64,000 nt of DNA from Methanothrix sp. (GTDB lineage: Archaea; Halobacteriota; Methanosarcinia; Methanotrichales; Methanotrichaceae), in assembly GCA_040770465.1 (NCBI GenBank), contig JAXGJB010000004.1, positions 47,117 through 111,116 of the forward strand, given 5' to 3'. The notes under the pieces are model-generated. The model searched no databases. It was not told the origin of the DNA and worked only from the letters and a program-made list of their open reading frames with translations. Positions 30,961-39,959 of this stretch are shown in pieces. The number at the start of each line of letters is the position of its first letter. Within the stretch, counting starts at the first letter, position 1. A program made the translations under genes and the position numbers.

Positions 30961-32097
30961 TCATCCCAGGTTTTCATCTTCGGATTTCAGCAAGAGCAGA
31001 CTTATAAAGACTGCCGAAAATACAGTCTGAACTCCCATGATGGTGAGGACCATCGCCATCACTGACTTCTCCATCTCCTGGAGAGATCCGTATCCCGCCC
31101 CCATCCAGCGGTGGATCACGTCGAGCCCCAGGATCACTCCAATAAGAAGCAAAGCCATCCCCACGAATAGCTCCTTTTCCAGGGAGTGGTAGCTGTTCAG
31201 CATCTTTGCCAGCCTTCCGGGACCCTCAACCCCGTAGGTTCTGCCGAAGGCGGCGATGTAAACTCCGGAAAGGAGGGTCTGATACCCTATTATCAGCAGC
31301 ATGCTCCCCAGGATCAGGGAATGGCCCCTCAGCTCCTGATCAGGCGCCTGCATCAATACGAGAACTGTCAGGGCGAGGCCCAGGAGGAGAGCAACGGACC
31401 CTGGAACCAGGAGGAAGGGCGTCGGCCTGTAGAGGATCATGAACCTCAGGTGCCTCCATCCGTCGGAGAAGGAATGGAGCTTTGAGGCTCCCTTTCGAGG
31501 ATGGTAAGTGATGGGAACCTCCGATATCCTGAGCTTCTTCCTCGATGCCTCGATCACCATCTCTGACGCAAACTCCATCCCCTCGGCCCGGAGGTTTAGC
31601 TTCTCCAGGGCCTCCCTGGATATCGCCCTCATGCCGCAGTGGGCATCTGATATCCCCGCCCCGAAGAGGAGATTGAGGATCCAGGTGAGGAGAGGGTTTC
31701 CGATGTATCTGTGGATGGCGGGCATCGCCCCCGCCTCGATCTGACCTTTAAGCCTTGTTCCAATTACGAAATCTGCCTTTCCCTCCGCAAGGAGCCTTAT
31801 GAACTCGGGCATCTCGCGAGGATCGTAGGTGAGATCCCCGTCCATGATAACTACGTACTTTCCTCGCGCGTGCTCGAACCCTGCCAGGTAGGCGTTGCCG
31901 TATCCGAGCTTCTCCGGCCTGATAACCTCCGCCCCTAGAGATCGGGCGATCTTTGGAGTCGCGTCGCCGGAGCTGTCCGCCACGATCACCTCCCCCTCGA
32001 TCCCCATCTCATCGAAGACTGCCTTCGACCGGCGGATGCACTCTCCGATCGTCTCCTCCTCGTCCATGGCGGGGATGATCAGGCTCACAAGACGCAC
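30961..32097 (-). CDS. GT2 polyprenol-phosphate glycosyltransferase (DPM-synthase-like) with C-terminal TMs
   Basis: IIPAMDEE, MDGDLTY, DAHCGMRA, GMEFASEM. Confidence 0.9.
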   Translation of the reverse strand: MRLVSLIIPAMDEEETIGECIRRSKAVFDEMGIEGEVIVADSSGDATPKIARSLGAEVIRPEKLGYGNAYLAGFEHARGKYVVIMDGDLTYDPREMPEFIRLLAEGKADFVIGTRLKGQIEAGAMPAIHRYIGNPLLTWILNLLFGAGISDAHCGMRAISREALEKLNLRAEGMEFASEMVIEASRKKLRISEVPITYHPRKGASKLHSFSDGWRHLRFMILYRPTPFLLVPGSVALLLGLALTVLVLMQAPDQELRGHSLILGSMLLIIGYQTLLSGVYIAAFGRTYGVEGPGRLAKMLNSYHSLEKELFVGMALLLIGVILGLDVIHRWMGAGYGSLQEMEKSVMAMVLTIMGVQTVFSAVFISLLLLKSEDENLG

Positions 32098-32238
32098 AGA
32101 TCAAGACCGGGGTTCCTTCTGATAAGCTTTTCTGCTTTTCTCAAGATTTTGAGCCTCGATGGATGGCGATTTATTTCCAGATTTTTATAAGACATCTATG
32201 AGCTGTCGGTTGTCTGAGGAAGTCGAAAGCAAACTTTT

Positions 32239-34462
32239 ATGAGCAACAATGGCGACCCACCATACAACATGGATGGGGAGAGATCGCACGATCTTTGGGG
32301 AATCTCAACAGCTGTCCTGTTGGGTCTCTTTTTGAGGTTGATTCCAGCAAGAAATGCGCTTGTTGGGGGAGAGATCCAGTTCTACCATTTCGATTCGTTC
32401 TACCATCTACGAAGAATCCTCTACACCGTCGATAACTTCCCCTCCACCCTCTGGTTCGACTCCTACCTGAACCATCCTCTGGGCTTCAGTCTCTCATGGC
32501 CGCCCCTCTTCGATCAGATCGGAGCGGCGCTATCCCTTCTTCTGGGAGGGTCTCCCCGGGCTGTGGAGGTCGCAGCAGCCGTGATCCCACCGATGCTGGG
32601 AACGCTGATGATCCTTCTGACATATCTTCTCGCAAAGAAGCTCTTCGGATTGAGAGTTGCTCTTCTGTCGGCCTTCCTTCTGGCAACCGATTCAAAACAC
32701 ATTGCGCGAACCATCTTTGGATTTCCGGATCACGATTCGCTGGAGCTTCTTCTCATCATCGGATCCCTCCTCCTCCTCTCTTACGCCCTCACCGAACGGG
32801 AGCGGAAGCTGGCGTATGGGGCCGCCGCAGGAGTTCTTTTGGCAGCAGTCGCCTACACCTGGTTGGGAGCGCCGATCTACATGGTCGCGATCCTCATCTA
32901 CGCTTCCGTACAGACGGCCCTCGACCTTCGAAGGGGGGACACCGCCGAAGAGACGATCATCCCGCTGGCCGCCGCCTTCGGGGCGTCTCTTCTCCTGTTT
33001 CTGCCTTTCTGGAATGAGAAGTGGCTCATCCCTTCCTTCATCGGAGCCCTCGGGTCTCTTGCCGCATTGACGTATTTATGCGTCCTCTCTCGCCTCTTTG
33101 CAGAAAAGACGGTCCCCTGGCAGGCCTTCTTTCCCGCGGTGATGATTTCGGCCTATCTCGCCTTGATCTTGAGCAGCGCCACAGAGATCGGCTCCAATGC
33201 CAGCCGTCTTATTGATGGAGGGGCTCGGATACTTCCTCGGAACCGATCTGGCAAGGCTGGGCATATCTGAGGCGATGCCCATATTCGAGGTATACGAGCT
33301 GGTATCCTTCCCCATCCTCAGCCTCGTATTCGCCCTGGCAGGGCTCGTCCTCCTGGTGCTGAGCATCGTCGGGGACCCGGAAGTTCGAAAAGATCGGCTT
33401 CTCTTCGTCGTCTGGGCCTCTTTCTCTGCAGCTCTCATGATCTTTCAGGCCAGGTTTATCTTCCTCTTCTCGATCAGCGGATCGATCCTGGTCGCCCTTC
33501 TATTCTTCTGGGGAAATGAGAGGATCAGATCAAACGACCGTCTTCAAGAGATGAAGCCTGGGACGTTAAGGGCCATAACGGGCCTCTTTTTTCTCCTCCT
33601 TCTCCTCCCATCCGTCTCCAACCTCCCTCAAATGGCCGATAATGGGCCGGAGATCGCCGGAGACTGGAGCGAGTCCCTCGACTGGCTCAGGGAGAACACC
33701 CCACCGACCGCGGGCTATGAGCGGCCGATTGAGGCCGGAGAATATGGCGTCTTGAGCTGGTGGGACTACGGCAACTGGATCCTTTACAGATCGAAGAGGC
33801 CCGTGGTGGCGAACAACTTCCAGGCGGGTGCGAAAGCCTCCGCCGAGTTCTTCCTTGCTGAAAACGAAGAGGAGGCATTGGCTACAGCCGAGGCGAGGGA
33901 CGTCCGATACGTCATAACCGACGCGGATATGGTCTACAGTAAGCTCCCCGTGATCGCCCGCTGGATCGACGAGGATCCTGGAAGCTACGTCGCCATATCC
34001 TCCGATTCGGAGATATCAACCTTCGAGCACTCGCCGAAGTTTATGAAGACTACCCTCGCAAAGCTTCATATCCTCGACTGCACCGACCTGGGCCGGTTCC
34101 GCCTCATCTACGAGTCGGAGAACTCTTCTGGGCTCAAATTCTCCGTCAGCAAAGTCAAGATCTTCGAGCGCGTCCCCGGCGCCAGGATCGCCGGTAAGAC
34201 CCCCTACGATGAGCCCATGGGAGTCATCCTGGATATGACCTCAAACAGGGGGAGGAGGTTTCAGTACTTCAACTCGGTCATGCCGGTGGACGGTCGATAC
34301 GAGATCCGCGTCCCCTACTCCACCGACGAGAGGCTCGAGACCCACTCTGTGGGACCCTACCTGTTGGGACCTGTGATGGACATCGTCGGAGGCGAAGCAA
34401 GAGAGATAGAAGTGAGTGAGGAGGACGTCTTGAACGGCAGGACGATTGAGGCCGATTTCTGA
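32239..34462 (+). pseudogene. aglB: Oligosaccharyltransferase AglB (STT3) split by a frameshift near 33205-33215
   Basis: ORF1 32239-33270 has FDSFYHLR and FPDHD; ORF2 33197-34462 has ISE, WWDYG and NNFQ; the two overlap in different frames. Could be an assembly error. Confidence 0.85.
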
Positions 34463-34482
34463 CCTAGGCCGATTTCTGACCT
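34449..34482. repeat. 17-bp perfect tandem duplication spanning the aglB stop codon
   Basis: AGGCCGATTTCTGACCT x2. Confidence 0.9.
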
Positions 34483-34600
34483 CGGATTCTTCATATACTG
34501 CTTCTTTTCCATCATCGATGCCCTTCCGCCCCCATCCATCATCGATGCACTTCAGACCCATCAATCATCCGTCGACGTCTGAACGTATCTCAAATGAGGG

Positions 34601-34873
34601 TCAAGAGGGAGGATCCCTTTCGAGTATCAGAAATCCCGCATCCTCGCCGATCTCGATCCAGGCCCAGGCCCAGACGACCGCCTCAAAGGCCCTGATCAGG
34701 TCGCCCTTGCCGAGAAAGTACCGGCTGTCGGAGAGGTATGCGGCGATGTTTGCAAGATACCTCTCCCCCGCCTCCTCTCGGGCCGAAACCCTCTTCACGG
34801 CCTCCTCGGCTTTGAGGAGCCATTTCTCGGTCTCGGCCCTGAGATCCTCCTCCAGGCCCAAACCACTCACCAC
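34601..34873 (-). CDS. DUF357 family protein
   Basis: AYLSDSRYFL...GDLIRAFEAVVWAWAW; start uncertain. Confidence 0.85.
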   Translation of the reverse strand: MVSGLGLEEDLRAETEKWLLKAEEAVKRVSAREEAGERYLANIAAYLSDSRYFLGKGDLIRAFEAVVWAWAWIEIGEDAGFLILERDPPS

Positions 34874-34920
34874 CCGGCCACAAAACGAGATCGACTGACG
34901 ATGCCCCTTTGAAGTGGGGC

Positions 34921-34959
34921 GCCAGATGGACGGAGTATGCCAGATGGACGGAGGATGCC
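34921..34959. repeat. 18-bp tandem duplication
   Basis: GCCAGATGGACGGAG(T/G)AT x2. Confidence 0.85.
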
Positions 34960-35011
34960 GGATCGAAGGTCTGTGTATGTTTGAGGGACCGTATCTGCGT
35001 ACTCGTGATAT

Positions 35012-35566
35012 CTATTCAAGGATCCTGACCCCGAACTCGTCGGCATCCACTTTCACCATCGTCTTGATCGAGTAGCCCTGGCTCTTCAGCCTCTCGGCGC
35101 CCGACCCCCTCTCGATCACCGCGACGACGTCCACCACCTCGGCGCCGGCCGCCTCGAGTGCCCCCAGGGTGGCGAGGGCCGTCCCCCCGGTGCTGACGAC
35201 GTCATCGACGACGATCACCCTGTCACCGGGGGATATGCCGTTAAGGTAGAGCTGCCCCTTGGAGTAGCCGGTAACCTGGCTCACCTCGATCTCGCCGGGG
35301 AGGCCGTACTTTCTCTTTCTGATTATCACCAGGGGTATGTCCGTGAAGAGGGAGAGGCCGGTCCCGATGTGGATCCCCATCGCCTCGACGGTGACGATCT
35401 TGTCGACGTCGAGGTTCGCCGTCCTGACGATGTGGGTTACGACCTCCCTTATCAGATCCGGCCTCACCTCGGGGACGCCGTCGGTTATGGGGTGGATGAA
35501 GTAGTTGTAATCGCCCCGCTTGTAGATGGGGGCCTCAAGCAGCGATTTTTTGAGCCTTTCGAGCAG
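35012..35566 (-). CDS. hpt: Archaeal hypoxanthine/guanine phosphoribosyltransferase, probable CTG start
   Basis: PRPP motif [11 protein letters not shown]; family N-terminus [31 protein letters not shown] lies upstream of the track start; AGGAGG RBS before CTG 35566. Confidence 0.9.
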   Translation of the reverse strand: MLERLKKSLLEAPIYKRGDYNYFIHPITDGVPEVRPDLIREVVTHIVRTANLDVDKIVTVEAMGIHIGTGLSLFTDIPLVIIRKRKYGLPGEIEVSQVTGYSKGQLYLNGISPGDRVIVVDDVVSTGGTALATLGALEAAGAEVVDVVAVIERGSGAERLKSQGYSIKTMVKVDADEFGVRILE

Positions 35567-35712
35567 AATAGATTCCTCCTGGACGGGTCACGAAAGAAGG
35601 GGGATGAAGCTTAAACCTTGTGGCCCTCAGCCGGGGATCTCCCGCCGGACCCGGTCTTTTCTCATCCCGTCTACCACCCAGTCTTCTACCTCTCGCTCAT
35701 TTTTCCTCGCCT

Positions 35713-36207
35713 CTATCCCATCCCTTCAGAGACGAGAGATCTCAGGGTCTCCAGGACCGTCTCCACGTGCCCCTTCACCCGAACCTTCTTCCAGATCCGG
35801 GCGATCTTGCCCTGGGGATCGATTATGACCGTGCTCCTCAAGACTCCCTGATATTCCTTGCCGTACATCTTCTTCGTCCCCCAGGCGCCGTAGGCCTCCA
35901 GCACCCGGTGCTCCGGGTCGCTCAAGAGGGCAACTTCAAGGTCGTGCTTCTCCCTGAACTTCCTGTGGCTCGCGGCGGAATCTGGGCTCACCCCCAAAAC
36001 CTCGGCCCCAAGATCCATGAAATCCTTCAGGCTGCCAGTGAAGTCCTTCGCCTCCTGGGTACAACCAGAGGTGTTATCCTTCGGATAGAAGTACAGCACA
36101 ACCCATCTTCCAGAGAGCTCTTCGGAGCAGACCTCTTTGCCATCCTGGTCCAAAAGACAGAACGTCGGCGCAGCATCTCCCGCTTCCATCATCTTTCCCT
36201 CTCCCAT
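35713..36207 (-). CDS. bcp: Peroxiredoxin (BCP family)
   Basis: VLYFYPKDNTSGCTQEA. Confidence 0.93.
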   Translation of the reverse strand: MGEGKMMEAGDAAPTFCLLDQDGKEVCSEELSGRWVVLYFYPKDNTSGCTQEAKDFTGSLKDFMDLGAEVLGVSPDSAASHRKFREKHDLEVALLSDPEHRVLEAYGAWGTKKMYGKEYQGVLRSTVIIDPQGKIARIWKKVRVKGHVETVLETLRSLVSEGMG

Positions 36208-36411
36208 CTCTTCAACTCCTGATCGTTTAGTCAGCTTGAAACCTATTCTGCTCATACATGTTACCTTTTCTCTCCATCCCTCAAGCTCTTCGTCCTTGAT
36301 ATGTTTCTACGAGTTCCCATGCCGCCCCAATTTACACCTCGATGTTCCAATAGAATTCCTTCAAGATGCCTCAACAAATTTAAATAGAATTCCATCGCTT
36401 CATCTCAGCGG

Positions 36412-37275
36412 ATGTACGAACCTATCCTCCTCCAGATGGGACCCGAATCTCTCCTGAGCAACATATGGGTGATCTTCTTTCTGATCCTCTTCCTCGTCCC
36501 CATGGCCCAGAGAAGGTACCTGGAGCAGAGCCGAAGGCGTCTCCTGGTCAAGATGGGGAAGAGGAGGAAGTCTGTGGTGGTGACCCTGATACACCGGCAG
36601 GAGATCTTGAGCTTTCTTGGGATACCTCTCGCGAGGTACATCGACATCGACGACAGCGAGCAGGTTCTAAGGGCCATAAGAAACACCCCCAAGGACGTTC
36701 CCATCGACCTGATCCTCCACACGCCCGGGGGGCTCGCCCTCGCCGCGACCCAGATCGCCCTGGCGTTGAAGGCTCACCCGGCGAGAAAGACGGTCATCAT
36801 CCCCCATTATGCCATGAGCGGAGGGACCCTCATCGCCCTCGCCGTCGACGAGATCATCATGGACCCCCACGCCGCCCTGGGGCCCGTCGACCCCCAGCTC
36901 GGAGACCAGACCGGCTCCTACCCAGCCACGTCCCTGGTGAAGCTGATGGAGAAGAAGAAGATCGACGAGGTGGACGACAAGACGATAGTCCTAGCCGACC
37001 AGGCAGAGAAGGCCCTGAGCCAGATGGACGGCCTGGTGAAGACGATCCTGGACGGCAAGTGCGACGGGGAGAAGGTGGGCGTGATCATCGAGGAGTTCGT
37101 CTCCGGGAAGTACACCCACGACCATCCCTTCCTGGCAGACGACGCGAAGAGGCTCCTGGGGGAATGTGTCAACACCGACGTCCCAGCCGAGGTCTACGAT
37201 CTGATGAAGCTCTATCGGATGGAGGTTGCGCGGCGGAGGCCCGGTGTCGAGTACGTCCCGGTGACGGGGAAGTAG
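36412..37275 (+). CDS. SDH-family ClpP-fold serine proteinase (DUF114)
   Basis: LHTPGG, AMSGGTLIALA, GPVDPQ, THDHP; N-terminal TM. Confidence 0.9.
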   Translation: MYEPILLQMGPESLLSNIWVIFFLILFLVPMAQRRYLEQSRRRLLVKMGKRRKSVVVTLIHRQEILSFLGIPLARYIDIDDSEQVLRAIRNTPKDVPIDLILHTPGGLALAATQIALALKAHPARKTVIIPHYAMSGGTLIALAVDEIIMDPHAALGPVDPQLGDQTGSYPATSLVKLMEKKKIDEVDDKTIVLADQAEKALSQMDGLVKTILDGKCDGEKVGVIIEEFVSGKYTHDHPFLADDAKRLLGECVNTDVPAEVYDLMKLYRMEVARRRPGVEYVPVTGK

Positions 37276-37329
37276 CGGCAGCAGTTTTTCAGGCAGTTCT
37301 ATGGTCGGGTCGGAGTATCCCGCTCCGCG

Positions 37330-38043
37330 TCAGTATCCCGACCCGCCGATGGTGACCGGCTCGTGGGTTTGGCCGAGGGGGACGGCCGCCTGGACGGAGC
37401 CCGACAGGACTGATCCGTAACAGCTTCCCGACCTCACCTCGCCCCAGGAGTCGTAGGCGAGGTAGCTACCAGATACCGAACTGCCGAAGACGTCAAGGTC
37501 CAGCCTGTGGAGGACGTTCTCGTCCAGAAAGATCAGGTCGAGGCTCACGCTCTGGCCGTTGACAAGGCCGCTCGCGCCGATGGTCAGATACCGGGCCTGG
37601 GCGGCCTGGTCCACGGGAGCCGGGTCCTGGTTGAGCCACCAGACCATCGACCTTATCCCCTCGTCCCTCGTCGGCCTCGGCTCCGTCTCGACGGAAAGGA
37701 AGCTTGTGGCGGTCGCAGCGCTCTCGCCGGTGCTGCCACTGCCGAAGATCACCTCGCCGATCTGGCGGATCTCAAGCTCCACGGACTCGGACCTCCCGGT
37801 GGCGGCGTCCGTCAGAACGAGGCTCCACGTCCCGGCGACGATGGCTGGAGTGAGCTGGGAAGAAGGCGGTGCGGATCCTACGGACGATGTCGATCCAGCG
37901 CCCGTATCGAGAGCGGATATGGTCGATCCCTCCTGCCCCTCCCGGCACGACCCTGCAGCGGAGAGGAGGAAAAGGGCCAGAAACGCGGCTGTTAACCAAT
38001 TTGATCTCATCTTCAATAACCCCCTTTCCATTTTCGACTTCAA
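37330..38043 (-). CDS. Secreted hypothetical protein
   Basis: 237 aa, signal-like segment ending AAGSC. Confidence 0.65.
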   Translation of the reverse strand: MKSKMERGLLKMRSNWLTAAFLALFLLSAAGSCREGQEGSTISALDTGAGSTSSVGSAPPSSQLTPAIVAGTWSLVLTDAATGRSESVELEIRQIGEVIFGSGSTGESAATATSFLSVETEPRPTRDEGIRSMVWWLNQDPAPVDQAAQARYLTIGASGLVNGQSVSLDLIFLDENVLHRLDLDVFGSSVSGSYLAYDSWGEVRSGSCYGSVLSGSVQAAVPLGQTHEPVTIGGSGY

Positions 38044-38191
38044 AGGTTAAAAATTTAGCCGCACCTCGACGATCTACTAAGCCAAAATTCGGCCGTTAGA
38101 TTACAGCCCTGAAGCTCCCAAGGAGATGTTTTCGTCCACTTGCAGAAGGAAAACGGCCTGTTCGTGAAGAAGGCGTTCTGCGTTATGATAT

Positions 38192-39442
38192 CTAACTGGT
38201 TGCTGCAGGTGCAATGTATCTCTCCGGAACCTGCATAACATACGGCTTTGTGGATATCATAAGCCACAGCGCCCCACAGACGAGGCCGACTATGGCGTTC
38301 ATCATCCCCAGGACCAGGATGGGGTTGGTCCAGTTCAGGGAGATTATGGTCATGCCGACGCTCCCCATGAGGATGCCAAAGCAGCTCATGAGAGCCGCCG
38401 CAGATCCCGTGTCCCCCCTCTGCTGCTCCAGCATCAGGTTTGTGGCGGGGGTTCGCAGGCAGCTCGCGGAGATCGTCGCCGGGATGAGCGCCAGGGCAAA
38501 AAACCAGGGCTGATGGCCTCCAAAAGACGATATCAATAGACCGCTCGCCGTTATGCTTGCGAAGGAGGCGACGATGATCGACCTCCGCCGGCGTCTCCTG
38601 GAGATCCGCATGTAAATCATCGGGCCGGAGATCATTCCCAGGGCGTTGGCTGCGAAGTAGTAGCTGTAGACCTGGGGGCTGAGCCCGAAGCCGTTTATGT
38701 AGATGTAGGATGATGCGGCAATAAACGCCATCGCGGATATGCTCGGTAGCGAGAACAGAATGAGCAACGAGGCGAAACCGGGGTTCTTTGCCACCTTGAA
38801 GATCCGGCCCAGGGACTGAAAGATCGAGCCGGTGTTTCGATGATCGATCGTCTCCTCCAGAGCCAGGCCTCCCAAAAGAGCCAACAGGCCGATGAGGGCG
38901 AGAGTCCAGAAGACACCCCTCCAGGAGACGAACTTCAGAAGGAGCGCCCCGAGGACCGGGGCTGCGACCGGCGATATCAAAACCATCGACTGGACCATGG
39001 CCAGGATCGGCTCCCGGCTCTTGCTGTCGAAGACGTCCTTGATCATGGCGGTGGCCACGGCGAAGGCGCCGCTCCCGCCGATCGCCTGGAGGATCCGGAA
39101 GGCTATCAGCTGGTCGATCTCTGCAGAGGCCGCACAGCCGAGACTTGCCGCGGTGTATATCGCAAGCCCGGCCATCAGAACGGGCCTGCGGCCGCATTTG
39201 TCGCTGAGAGGCCCCCAGAGGAGCATGCCCCCGGCGAAGAATACGAAGAAGAGGATCAGGGTCAGGTTCGCGAGGTCAGCAGAGACGTCGAAGTAGAGGG
39301 CCATCCCCGGAAGGGCGGGAAGGTAGAGGTCTGTCGAGAGGGGGACGAAGGCGCTGAGAAAGGCGATGAGGGCGACGAGCCCCCTATCTCCCAGGTACTT
39401 CTGTCTCCTGGCAGAGGTGTGGGAGGGCGCAGTCACGGTCAC
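38192..39442 (-). CDS. Bcr/CflA-family multidrug MFS transporter
   Basis: STDLYLPALP, GPLSDKCGRRPVL, about 12 TMs. Confidence 0.92.
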   Translation of the reverse strand: MTVTAPSHTSARRQKYLGDRGLVALIAFLSAFVPLSTDLYLPALPGMALYFDVSADLANLTLILFFVFFAGGMLLWGPLSDKCGRRPVLMAGLAIYTAASLGCAASAEIDQLIAFRILQAIGGSGAFAVATAMIKDVFDSKSREPILAMVQSMVLISPVAAPVLGALLLKFVSWRGVFWTLALIGLLALLGGLALEETIDHRNTGSIFQSLGRIFKVAKNPGFASLLILFSLPSISAMAFIAASSYIYINGFGLSPQVYSYYFAANALGMISGPMIYMRISRRRRRRSIIVASFASITASGLLISSFGGHQPWFFALALIPATISASCLRTPATNLMLEQQRGDTGSAAALMSCFGILMGSVGMTIISLNWTNPILVLGMMNAIVGLVCGALWLMISTKPYVMQVPERYIAPAATS

Positions 39443-39959
39443 GTCATTTCATCTCCGATCCATCTTCTTGCAACTTTCGGCTCGCCCCCAAATATGCGAT
39501 AATATGCGATGACAGTGGCCGTCCTCTCATTTTATAAAGCTGGCGAAGAGGGGCTGGCCTCATTCAAGATAGGCGTTGAATGAGTTCCGCCGAATATGAT
39601 CAGGCGGATGCGTCTTTCGACGTCGTCGATTTCGCTTCTGAGCGGAGGGCGGCGATGAAGTTGCAACCCTGCAAAGATGCTCCGCGTTTTAGCCTTGCTG
39701 GCCGCCCCGGTCTTCGCCCCTCTAAACCCGAATCAGCCCTCGACCCCTCAGGATCTGCACCAGGTGTGGCACGTCCTGGACGAGGGGGTGAGGCGGAGCA
39801 ACACGCCCATAATTCTGGCAAGGCTTTCGCCGCCAAACCGGGTGGCCCCTCAATCGGCTCTATCCCCTCGAGCTGAGAGATTTAGGAGAAAAGTCGGTGC
39901 TTGGGGCTGCAGGATACGATATCAAAACCAGAGCCTGAACATGAATTAAAACGGCCCAT

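Noticed and set aside
36465-39197. Long alternate-frame ORFs (296 aa and 380 aa) and the many antisense ORFs
   Set aside because: Arg/Pro/Gly-rich shadows expected from high GC3 coding DNA
39580-39950. Possible TnpB/IS zinc-ribbon remnant (ICTRCG) or small CDS
   Set aside because: A single CxxC in a broken frame, three competing short ORFs, none convincing
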